From NCBI GenBank assembly GCA_009602725.1, contig WELB01000008.1, forward strand, positions 1,316,522 to 1,368,696: a stretch of DNA of 52,175 bases, in the 5' to 3' direction. The first letter of the stretch is position 1, and every line of letters starts with the position of its first letter. A model generated the notes under the pieces. The model ran no database searches. It was not told where the DNA came from and saw only the letters and a list, made by a program, of their open reading frames with translations. The DNA is from Spirogloea muscicola. Its lineage: Eukaryota. This document shows, piece after piece, positions 10,493-21,600 of the stretch. Made by a program: the position numbers and the translations under genes.

Positions 10493-13196
10493 ATGAAGGT
10501 CGCTCTGGTGGCGCCGTCGCAAGCCTTCAACCTGCTGCAGGAGGACCCTCGCCTGCTGGTGCTGGACACGCGACCCAAGGTACAGCCCCCACCTTTCCGG
10601 CCCCCTTCTGAGCCACTAGCCAGCCACTAGCCAGCCACTAGTGGCGAGGACGTCTGGCCCTGACCTTCTCCGGGTGGCTCTGGCAGTCGGCGTTCCGCAA
10701 GGGCCACATCCGGCGGGCGGTGTGCGTGGGGCTGGCGGCCGGCGGCGGCGGCGCCCTGCAGGAGCTCTGCGGCGTCGGGCCGCCGTACTGGTCCCGCAAC
10801 TGCTGGTGGGACCTGAACGTCCTCGTCCTCCTCGCGGCGCCGCTGGAGCTTGGCAGGTGCGCCGTGCTGCATGGCCACCCAGAGCTCAGTCAGCAGCGGA
10901 GATGGGCTCCGCCGTTGTTGAGGCCCACAAACAGTCACTGCCACTGTCAATGTAGTGTGCTTGCCTTTGTACTTGGCCACTCAGGCCATCCGTCGCTCGA
11001 TACACACTGAATTATTGCCGCTGTCGTCTTTGGCAGGCAGCAGAAGAAGCCCAAGCGGCCGCGGCTGGAGGATGCCCAGCGGGCGGCGGCGGAAGCCGAA
11101 CCCGTCGTCGCCTTCCTCGTCCGCGAAGGCCCCGCCCGCAGCGTCAGCGTTCTCGCCTCCCCCGAGGGTACTGTCCTCGCCAGCTTGGAGGCAGCGCAGC
11201 CAGAGAGTTTAGCCTTCGCTTATTGATGGGGCGGCACGTCCAGCCCCTGCACCACTGCCCATTGGGGGAGAAAGATTGATTTAGTGGGGCAACGGTACCG
11301 CTGCAGGCGATGCAGACGAGGCCGGCGAGCCGTTCCAGGCATTCCGGAGTGCATACCCATCGCTCGTTACTACGCACACCAAGGGCGCCGGCATCCCCCG
11401 CTACCCTGCCGAGGTAATACAGTGTTTGTCGCCCATTCGAGAAGGAGGAACGGAGGGTGGGAGGGAGGGTGGAGAGGCAGTCCTCTATCAATCAGCGTGC
11501 TATCAAAATTTCCCACATTGATCGAGCACCATTGCCAGAGCTTGGCCGTACTCAATAGCCAATTTGCAGAATGGTGCGGCTTACCGCCAGTGGCAGCGGC
11601 AGGCCTCTCACACTGCAACGGGGCGGTGTCCTTAAGGAGTGCTTCTGCTGCGCGCAGGTGGTGCCGGAGTTCCTGTATCTGGGCGACTGGCAGCACGCGG
11701 CTGCTGAAGAGCGGCTGCGGGACTTGGGCATCACCAAGATCCTAACCATCCACACCGAGCAGCTCGCGCTCAAGGGCAGCTTCGAACAGCTCCACTGCGA
11801 CCTCTCAGGTACTATAGCCAGGCGCTCCAACAGTAGGACGAGTTCGCAGTGAGCTGGTTGTCCAGCTTGAGGGCAATTGCTTGTCATGCAACGTGTGCTT
11901 TTCCTCTCCATATTGTTGCAATTCTTCTCGGGGCTGACTGCCACCTTATATGAGACTGGGCCTGCTGCTTTGCAGATGAGCACGATGCGGACATCGCGGC
12001 ACATTTTGAGCCTGCATTCCAGTTCATCGAGCGAAGCCGGCGGGAGGGTGGCCGCGTGCTACTGCGGCGCAGGCGCAAGCCGCTCCGCCACTCTATGTGC
12101 GGCGTACCTGATGAAATTGCGGAATTGGACGGCGGATGAGGCCATTGAGTGAGCAACCAAGATCAAGGAGAGCACTCTTGGTGAGCAACATGCTGGAAAA
12201 ACACGAAGCTGACGTGCAGCAATCATGCGTACTTCTGTCTGCAGGTTCTTGAAAAAGGTGAGGAGCAAGGTGATGCCGAATCTGGGCTTTCTGTGCTCGC
12301 TGCAGAAGCTGCAGGAGCAGCTCCGGCCAGCCATCGCTGGGGGTGACCAAGACCACCTCGGTGTGGCAGACGGCGGCAGTCTGAGTCCGAAGGAGAACGT
12401 GAGCAGGTCTCAGCAGCCTGATGGCCGTCAGCCTGTCAGAGAGGGCCACACGACTTCTCGGGTGCTGCCCAGCAGCAGCAGTGACCCTGACCTGCACTTG
12501 GACGTGCTAAAGGTGGCTTTCTCATTCCTGGCCCCTTCATGATTGGGCTCATGACGAGTGGCACAAACAGCTGTTGATTGTTGACTAGGCCCAATCAACT
12601 TGAATCGTGTTAAAGTCCTCAATTCTCTATCCTGCTTAGAATTATCTTGTTGTTGCATTGGAGGGGCAGCTGGATTTGGTCCTCCTCACTCGCCATTGTC
12701 TCTTGCTGTCAGGAAGGAAAGTGCATAGAAGCGCTGCCGCTGAAAGGGAAGAGCACGTTCGTCATTGGCCGGCTGCCCACGTGCGACATCATTCTGGGTC
12801 ACGCCTCCATTTCCCGACAGGTGTGCTAGCATCACGCAACTGATCGCACGTTGAAGCACACTTGACTGAACTGGAAAAGGTTTGCAGTGTTTCTTTCTGA
12901 CGATCTTATTTGTTACAGAGGTGCATGTTATCTCAGCAGAGACAGAGTACCTGCATTTTCTACATGTCCTGATGAACCTCTCTGTGTTGCAGCACGCAAA
13001 GCTGGAGGTAAGGAAGAGCCACGACGTGAGGCTGGTGGACCTAGGGTCCGCTTGTGGGACCTTTGTTGGAGATAGGCAACTCAGGAAAGGGGAGGTGGTG
13101 CCCATTTCGGAGAAGATCTTTTTCCACTTCGGAGCGAGCACGAGACGCTACGTTGTCAAGGGCTTTAGCAGCTTCGCGGGTGAAGCAGACTTATAG
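10493..13196 (+). CDS. rhodanese-like + dual-specificity (MAPK-phosphatase-like) phosphatase + FHA domain protein; frameshifted just before the catalytic Cys (possible pseudogene or sequence error)
   Basis: Exons 10493-10579, 10687-10856, 11037-11167, 11307-11413, 11658-11808, 11976-12148, 12245-12512, 12713-12820, 12993-13196. Rhodanese LLVLDTRPKSAFRKGHIRRAV; DSP YPAEVVPEFLYLGD, DIAAHFEPAFQFIE..GGRVL/CGAGASRSATLCAAYLM, PNLGF; FHA FVIGRLPTCDI..SISRQHA..DLGSACGTFV..FGASTRRY. The exons sum to 1399 nt, not a multiple of 3. Confidence 0.9.
10955..10981 (-). repeat. short fragment of the dispersed repeat, inside phosphatase intron 2
   Basis: gtgtgcttgcctttgtacttggccact vs atgtgcttgccgttgtacttggccact at ~46632-46658. 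Confidence 0.65.
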
Positions 13197-14314
13197 CCGG
13201 CAACCATGCAGTCGGCCAGGATACTACGAGTTTGCCCCTCTAGGCTGGTCACATTACCCTTGCTTGCAGAGGTAGCTAGTCCTCCGTGTCGAGTCCGTTG
13301 CACAACGTGCACAAGCATCTCACCACATGCACCTTCTGGCTCTACATGCATGACATGCAGAGCTCCTCCTCTGCATGGAGGTAACATGGGAGGAGCTATT
13401 AATGTAGCCCTCCCCATGCCACCTTGCTGGGCCTGAAATCGGGCAAGCTGGGTTTTTCCCAAGCCTCGCCCCTCGAATATTGGCAAGGCTTGCTCATCTT
13501 GAGGGCACTGTGCATGTGATCCTGGTGCAGACGCTAAGGCTGCCAAGATACATTCTCTCAATACATTGGGGAGCAGGTGGGGGCGGGGGGCGGGAAAGCG
13601 CTGAGATGACCATCAGTGTGCACTCGCTGGGCCAGGGCCAAAAGTGGAAAAGGAAATGCATATTCAAGCTTGAACGACAGTAGCACTCTGCTTGTAGATC
13701 TCTGCATGTGCATGTTCAGTGGTACCTTTGTCAATTCTCATTCAATCGGGCCTTGCAGCCCTGCTCCTTTCTAGCCATCCTGTCACAAGTGGGCTTCTAA
13801 CGACGGCTGAAGAGCACAACATGCCTTGAAATCACGGCAGATCCACGGGGCATCTTGATGAGTGGCAGCCGACAGTGAGCAGCTGCGATTGTCGGAGGCA
13901 GAGCAGGCTACTTGCGATCACGGTGCCACATGACAAGCTGGATATGTGTAGTAGTGATCATTTGCGGTCCTTTGGAAAGTTAGTGGTACCTTCTTCTTGG
14001 CTACTGAGAAGGCTAAGGCTAAGGCTACCTTACAAAGCGTGATATTGTCTTGTCAAGAATTGTGAGTGAGACTCAGATCTTGCAGCCTAGCATATTCCAC
14101 AAAATCCAGCCTTCCAAGCTTGAGGGAAGATCAAGCATATGCAGGCACGGATAATTATGAATGTCACAGCCTGCAAAATGAAGAGCAGCATGACTGATTC
14201 ATCAGCGTCCTAGCCTTGATGGACTCCTTCAATGCAAAATGAGAATCAACATTTGCGCTGCTACTCTGCCCCAAACAATGGTCGACGTCAATACAGGCTT
14301 GTCTAGATTGTCCC

Positions 14315-15452
14315 CTACAAGATGAAGCTATGATACACAGCTGTTGATGCATCGTAGATCTGGTTATCATAATTTGTCAAGCTCATGTTCAAGAAGCCGA
14401 CCTGTAGTCTGCCAGCAATAGCTCGGAGATGATGTGACCCATATATCTGACCAATCACTGGCATCACGAGAATAAGTGGATTCTTCTCGAAGAAGTCGCG
14501 CTGTACTTTGATCCTCTTAAGTGGCCTCCTCTTGCCATCACTGTCTGCCTGCAGAGGCAGGTCCATGTCAAAACGACAACGTGCTGGGAAAAGACAGAGC
14601 AACATGACTGGCCCCTAAAAGTGCTGTCGATATCTGGGGCCCGTCTTCTATAGCTGCCTCCTTGAAGATGTGGTGATATACGTTGACATGTTACTGAAAG
14701 TAAGTTACACGCTGGTCATTCATGTAGACCGATAATAAGAGCTCATTTGGTCAATTGCAGGGCTCATCTGATCAGGCCTCTCAGGCGCACCTACCTGTTT
14801 TGGTAAGCAGTCCTCAAGCTCCAGAGGGACAAGGAAGTCGACGCCCACCTCCCCACCAAAGAGCGTCAATGGTTTCATGTACACTGTTATGTGGCAGACC
14901 ATGGTATCCTCCTCGCTGTCGTAGACAATCTGACAGATATTTGAAGGGGACCTAAGTTGGACTACCCAACTCATTGTCAAAGCCGCTACCAAAGCGTCAT
15001 GTCAGAGTCCTCTGCATGCAGGCATGTTGTATTAACTTGCTTATCAAACTTGCTGTGAATCACTTGCTCTTATTCGTTGTCGCTGGCAGGTAATAACAGT
15101 CTATTCGTGTCCATAGTTGAGCACAAGCCCGGCCCTGCACGAGGATAGGAACTTTCGGCTTGCTCCAAGCTCTTGTGAGGACTGGTGCTGCAAGGGACAT
15201 GGGAAAGCACAGCTGCCGCTGCAGAGGTGTCATTACCTTGTGAAACTCCACGGCCTGGTAGCGGAAGAATATCTCTCCGAAGTGATAGATTGCAGTCAGA
15301 TCATCGGCGCCCTCGGCAATGTCAATGAAGAAGTGGAAGAACTTGACATCTGGAGAGAAGTAGCGGCGGATGAATTGCGCCTGCCTCCCCAACGTGGGCT
15401 GCTGCACAAGGCCTCGCACGACGTGCACAATGTCCCGCTTGGGGTCCTCCAT
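14315..15452 (-). CDS. small NTF2/SnoaL-fold protein resembling the fungal SigF-like family
   Basis: Exons 15452-15237, 14929-14795, 14548-14315, all phase 0. MEDPKRDIVHVVRGLVQQP..QAQFIRRYFSPDVKFFHFF..IVYD..VPLELE..IKVQRDFFE. An in-frame stop upstream supports this ATG. Family assignment is from recalled similarity only. Confidence 0.7.
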
Positions 15453-16680
15453 GCTGCCCTCTCGACGAGCTACTCGACCCTCCTGGTGGTCTGATGTTGA
15501 CGAAGCGGCCAGGTGAACATGCCCTTCTGAGGCATGCACTTGACGGTCGAGCTGCTGGTCGCGGGACGTGGCTCGACTCCACCACACGCCGGCTCAAGCT
15601 GCTGCGCAGACGAGGCGAGGAGGAGCACAGCGGAAGCCTGAGAAACGGCTCGCTGAGGTCAATAGAGGCAGGCGTCTGCCAGATGCCATACAGACTCGAC
15701 AGATTTTCCTCCTCCATAGATGGCCAGACTGCCTGTCTGACAGGAAGCTCTCCGGCTGGCCGAACGGTGAGACGACATCGGGCAAGCTCAAGGGAGAGGC
15801 TGCGGTAGCTGCGACAGGGGCCGGCGGGGGGACGGAAGGGGCGCCTCGCCTGAGGCAGCGCCAGGCAGCCGCGGGCAGGCGGAAGGCCGGGGTGGGAGGG
15901 CCGGAAACGATGGCGGGCTGCGGGCGAGGGTCGCCGAGGCGTCATGCGCGGCGCGGCGGCCATGGTGGGCACGGCCGTGTGCATGGCGGGGCACTGCAGT
16001 GTCTCGCCCAATCCGAGACTCTGTGTATTCTGGATGTTGTTCGGGCTGGCCGCCAATGCTCCCATTGGAAGGCGAGCGGAACGGCCACTATTCCCATCGC
16101 AACAGTTCCTCCGTCCGCCACCGCCGCTGCCACCGCCATCCCCTCATCTAATCCTTGTTGCTGATGTGGAGGCACTGAGAGGGCCCTGAGAGTCCAGCCT
16201 GCGGATCCGCATAGTGTAGATGCACTTCAAACTCCCAAGGTATTATATTTTCTTCCCCATTTCGCTCCAGCGTTCTAGGCATTTGCCGTGCATTTGCGAG
16301 CAGGCCGCTCGTTAAGTGTTCCTCCTGGGCTTCAGCGTGGCAACTCTTCTTTGACTACTACACTCGAACTTTGTGAGGAGACTCTTCTCGAGGAGACTCT
16401 TCTCTGCTGCTGGTAACTCCAACTTGAGCTATCACTAGAGGGTATTGAGCACCCGTTGTAGTAGCCCCTTGCGCAGCTGCGTGGTTTGTGCTTTCTGGCC
16501 CCTCTGAACCTTGTCCATACCTTTTGGGTTGACGTATCACAGTCATTGACTAACATATGGAGCAGCTGCTTCCATTTTCTGGGCTGGCCAATCACAGCCG
16601 TCGCCCTCACAGCCGCCCCTGACTATCAGCAGCCGCTTTCGCTCTGGCGCTTCATCAGCGTGCTGTGCGCGCTTTTAAAG

Positions 16681-16800
16681 TCAGGCCATCGGTTTCCGTG
16701 GCTGTACTCCGGCTCCCCAAGTTAGCCTGTTGGATCTGTATGTGCTCACCCGTGGGTACTGAAGTTACACTGTCACCTTAACCACCTTAGCATTGTACTT
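16681..16800 (-). repeat. degenerate copy of the dispersed repeat
   Basis: tcaggccatcggttt, tgtgctcacccgtgggtactga and ttgtactt occur in the same order as tcaggcatcgttt, tgtgttgacccgtggttactga and ttgtactt at 46550-46650. Confidence 0.45.
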
Positions 16801-17132
16801 CGAAACATGTAGCCCCAATGTTTGCACTAGCTTTCGTCTAAACAGTGTGTCTTAACAGTGTACTGTACACATTACCCTTCAGTATAATATTCGGCTTGGG
16901 CTTGAAGTAATGACCTCTCCTTTTGTTGTGTAGGCCCTATTATGAGGTGTCCTCCGCTTCCTTGCAGAGACGACCTGATTGTCAACCAATTTACCAGCAA
17001 AGCGTGACGGCAGCATGGGCACCACCAGAAAAAAACCGGTGAACTGTGGACGCCAAGATGTGTGCAGTGGTGATTAGATGAGCGCCGTCTTTCACGGCGC
17101 TCAGCAGCATCGAAATTTGCTGTGCAAGCGGC

Positions 17133-18088
17133 TCACTGCCCTCGGGGGCCCCAACCGCCGTCTTTCACGGGTTGGTAAAGCCACGAGTTCTCAAGCCCAG
17201 CGCCTTCGCAGCGGGGGCAGAGCTGCCGCCCGCGACCCCCGCACACAGCGCACTTGGCCAGCATGGTGCCTGTGAACAGGCCGCCTGCATGGAATGCAGG
17301 AGCACAAAGGCGAGTAAGAGGCACCGGAGGGTGAGAGGAGTTGGGATATAGAAATGTCAACATGGGCCGCACCAGAGCGAGGAAGTGGCGTGGCAATTGC
17401 AGCTGCAAGTTGGCAGAGGCTGCCCCCAGGTGACCAGCTCTGGCAATGCGGTCATGCTGGCGGCCAATCTTTGAACAAGGCAAATGCGCACCTTCCTTGC
17501 CGCGCCCCTTGCACCTGACGCATAACTGGGGAGACAAATCCTCGTCAAGGACGACTAACTGCCTGGCAGGACTGAGCATGCTGAAGCGCTGCCATCACTG
17601 AATTTGACATGCCGTTAAGCATGACAGCACCCAGCTTGAGGGGGAGGTGTGTGCAATGTTGTGCTCTTCGAAAGCAACGGCTTGGCAGGCACCAGGCTGC
17701 ACGACGCAGGAGCCGGGGCTTGTTTTGTGAACGTGAATGCCAAAGACGGAGCCCAGGTCCTGTTCATGGCTGTATCAGGTCGACTTGCTCCAGGCGCTGC
17801 TTGCAACAGACACAAAGACGCAGGCGAAGGATACATTGTTGCCAACGCCCAGGCACTCCTTGCACCGCCGCGGCTTCTGCGCGGAAGGCGGGAGCTCAGG
17901 ACGACGTGCGCAAGCAGAGAAGGGGGGAAGGCTGGGTCGTGTCAGCGGCCCTCAAGGCCGGGGAGTAAGTGGAGACACTGGCCAGCATCCATGGCCGCGG
18001 AAGGGTGGGGCCCCACCAGGCGCCGGCGGGCGAGGCGCAGGAGGCGCGGCAGCGCGGCCTGGCCCGCCAGTGCGCCGGCCACGGCCAG
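17133..18088 (-). CDS. DnaJ-type (CxxCxGxG)x4 zinc-finger protein, no J-domain visible, probably plastid membrane-associated; 5' end lost in gap
   Basis: Exons <18088-18017, 17876-17835, 17525-17492, 17284-17133 give LAVAGALAGQAALPRLLRLARRRL-KPRRCKECLGVGNNLCVRCKGRGKEGGLFTGTMLAKCAVCGGRGRQLCPRCEGAGLENSWLYQPVKDGGWGPRGQ*. Confidence 0.85.
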
Positions 18089-18586
18089 NNNNNNNNNNNN
18101 NNNNNNNNNNNNNNNNNNNNNNNNNNNNNNNNNNNNNNNNNNNNNNNNNNNNNNNNNNNNNNNNNNNNNNNNNNNNNNNNNNNNNNNNNNNNNNNNNNNN
18201 NNNNNNNNNNNNNNNNNNNNNNNNNNNNNNNNNNNNNNNNNNNNNNNNNNNNNNNNNNNNNNNNNNNNNNNNNNNNNNNNNNNNNNNNNNNNNNNNNNNN
18301 NNNNNNNNNNNNNNNNNNNNNNNNNNNNNNNNNNNNNNNNNNNNNNNNNNNNNNNNNNNNNNNNNNNNNNNNNNNNNNNNNNNNNNNNNNNNNNNNNNNN
18401 NNNNNNNNNNNNNNNNNNNNNNNNNNNNNNNNNNNNNNNNNNNNNNNNNNNNNNNNNNNNNNNNNNNNNNNNNNNNNNNNNNNNNNNNNNNNNNNNNNNN
18501 NNNNNNNNNNNNNNNNNNNNNNNNNNNNNNNNNNNNNNNNNNNNNNNNNNNNNNNNNNNNNNNNNNNNNNNNNNNNNNNNNNNNNN
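18089..18586. other. assembly gap (N run)
   Basis: run of N. Confidence 1.
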
Positions 18587-18639
18587 CCGGCGCCGCCGTG
18601 CGCGTCGGCGGCCCCGGCGCGGGCGGCGCGCGGAGCGCG

Positions 18640-21600
18640 ATGACCAAGGGCAAGGAGGACCTGCGAGCGGCCGGCAAGAAGCGGGTGAGCTGCCGCCTCC
18701 GGGAGTCTCCGGGACGGGCATCCATGGCCAGCCCCGGGCCGCCGCTGGCGTCGGTCTGCGGCCGGCGGCGGCGCCGCGAGAGCCGGGCGTTGTTGTGCAC
18801 GCCGCTGCTGGCTGAGCGCGTCAAGAGCCGCCTGAGCGCCAGCGTCGGCTGCGCTTGCGCCGGCGATCCGGCCTCACGCATGCTCGGCGCTGCCGCGGCG
18901 TGCCTCGGCTGTCCAGCTCGAGGCCTTCCGGAAGAAGAAGGCGGGCTCCTCCGGCCGAGCCGGCGGCCAGGACGGAGCGGCGCCGCCCAAGGCCGCGGCC
19001 GCCGCCGCAGCCGAGGAGGAGCCGGTGCCTGGCGCCCCCGGGGCCTCTGCTGCACCCCCTGAGGAGGAGCCAGGGCCAGCGGCGGAACCCCAGGAGGTGG
19101 CGGCCGGCAATGGACTGCAATCCGTGGCTCTGGACGTCGCCGACCTCAGTGTGCCGCCATTGAGCGACTCGCCTGTCAGTGGCGAGGCAGCAGTGACTGC
19201 TGATGAGGAGACTGCTGCAACAAGCCGGAGCCCAGACGAATGGCTGCAAGCGGCGCCCACCGAGGAGGCGGCCGAGCAGCAGGTCCTTGGAGCACAGGCT
19301 GGAGCTGGCGCCCCGGCCTTGGATGGCACTGCTGCCGACGAGGCTGCGAATGAGGCACACCAGCAAGTGGCCTCTTGCGAAGAGCCGGCTGCCGCTTCTG
19401 CTTCTTCTAACGGATCCGCTGCGGAGGGGGTCTCACTCGATGCACCTGAGCAGCAGCCTGAGATGCTGCAGCAGTCTGGCGCAGGGGAAGGCGAGGTGCT
19501 CGTGTCTATTGGCGATCAAGCAGTCCTGTTGAGCCCGCCGCTGTCAGACACGCAGCAGGCTGCGGCGGCTGACGAGGGCCGTCTGAATCCGCCGCCAACA
19601 GATGGACCCTGGCATCCTCCAGATGAGCAGCATCTTGACGGCAGTGTTGATGATCTGCAGCCAGAGTCCAAATCCAAGCCTGCAGATGCTGGAGTAGATG
19701 TGCAATTGAGACCCTCCGCTCTTGAGCTGGACTTTGAGGTCGCCAAGTCCCCCATGCTAGTCCCCAATGGAGGGGGCTTCAAGTCCGAGCCTGAAACCAG
19801 TGTACTGACGGAGGTAGCTGGCAGCCCGGTTGACGGGCTGCTGCTGCCCAAGGAACACGGCCCTCCTGCATACGTTGCAACCGCCATGCGTTCGTCATCG
19901 ACAGCGTGGGACGTAGACGGAGGTGGCGACGAGGACGACGCTGACGACTTCTTCAGCCCGATCGGCACCCCCAGGGGCGCCAGCCCGCCCCCCTATCGCA
20001 CGGCCTCCACTGGGTCATCGTTCTCACTGCGGCTCGCCAGGGCCATCGGCTTCGCTGGCAAGTCGCCTGAGGAGGAGAGCGTTGCCCAGGTAAAAGGCCC
20101 CCCATTGTGGCCTTGTTACCTCCACAGATTGGGCAGTCTGACGCTGCCAGCGCTCAGCAGTCGTCCAGCAGCTGGACGACTCAATTGCAGAAGACATTGA
20201 CCCACGTTCGGATGTCTCAAGGCTGTTGCCATCCTGCCTGCCTCTGCCCTTCTTGCAGCTGAGGATGGCATGGGAGGTGGAGCGTAAGGAGACGCAGGCC
20301 GCCATGGGCGAGCTCAAGCGGCAGATGGAGGCGGCAACGCAGCGGTGGAGTGAGATGGAGGCCGAGAAAGCTCGGCTACGGGCAGAGCTGGCAGCTAAGG
20401 CGGAGGCGCTGGAGGAGCGGGAGCAGGCGGGCCGGCAGCTGCAGGACGAAGCGGATGCCATGCGGCAGCAGTACCAAGCAGTTGTGGGCAGTTTGCAGAG
20501 CATGGGTAGTGGTGGCCAGGGCGACGCCGTTGCCCATAGCACAGGTACGCTGGGCCGGCTGGAGATAGAGCTCCTGGACCTACGCCGAGCCCTGGTAGCC
20601 AAGGACCAGGCTCTTGTGGCGGTCAAGAAGGAGGCCGATCAGGGCCGGCAGCGGATGCGTGTGGAGCTCGATCCTCTTGCGGAGGAGGTTGCGCGCCTGC
20701 AGGCGTATGTGGCCGGCAAGGAGGGCGAAGCGGACGCCCTCGTTCGACGCAATGCGGAGCTGGTGGCAGTCGTTGCGGCGCGGGACACCGAGGTGGAGAT
20801 GCTGAATGCTGAGGCCGTGGCATTGGAGGCGCGCTCGGCGGCGGCGCGAGAGAAGCTGGCCATGGCGCTGCGAAAGGGCCGGGACCTTGTGGAGAGCCGC
20901 GCAGCGCTCAAGCGTGCGCTGGCGGAGCGCACGGATGAGGCGGCGGCGTTGGCAGCGAGCAATGAGCGCCTTGCAGCCGAAGCAAAAGCACACGAGGAGG
21001 GGCTGGTAGCTGCATTGCAACAAGTTGCAGATCTCAGGGTGCGTGCCGATGCGCTACAGGAGGGGGAGGTCGAGCAGGCGGGGATCCGGGAAAAGCTGGG
21101 CATGGCGCTGCGCAAGGGCAAGGAGGTTGTGGCGCAGCGTGAGGCGCTCAAGGAGGCTCTAGCTGAGAGGGCAGCGGAGGTGGAGCACCTTGCTGTGGCC
21201 AGGGATGAGGCTCTCAAAGCGACGGCCTCCCTGCAGGCCACGTTGGACAGTCAGTTGGCCGAGGTTGCTGCACTTCGCGAGGTGACGCAGGCGGAGTCGC
21301 TGGCCAAGGAGCAGGCCCTGGCGCAGATGGAGCACGTCTGCAAAGAGCTGGTGGTGGTCAGAGGCGAGCTTGACGTGGCTTTACAGGCCAAGCTTGACGC
21401 GGCCACGGCGGCAGAGGCGAGCGGTGCCGAGTGCTTTGCACTGAGGGCCTCGTTGAGCTCAAAAGAGGCTGAGCTTGCTGAGGTCCGCGAGGGCTTGGCT
21501 CAGACGGTGCTCGCCAGTGAGCATGCGCACAAAGAGCTTACTGAGTTGCGGGCAGCATCAAATGCATTGACGCAGGCGAGCAGCTCTGATGTTGAAGCAA

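Noticed and set aside
10611..10641. Short tandem repeats (agccactagcc x3; also gattcgtgtgacta x2 at ~7150 and gaggagactcttctc x2 at ~16375)
   Set aside because: Ordinary slippage duplications without a spacer structure; not CRISPR-like
15322..16189. 247-aa and neighbouring Arg/Pro/Gly-rich ORFs
   Set aside because: GC-rich promoter/5' UTR region of the NTF2-like gene; no recognisable domain, and not in frame with the gene
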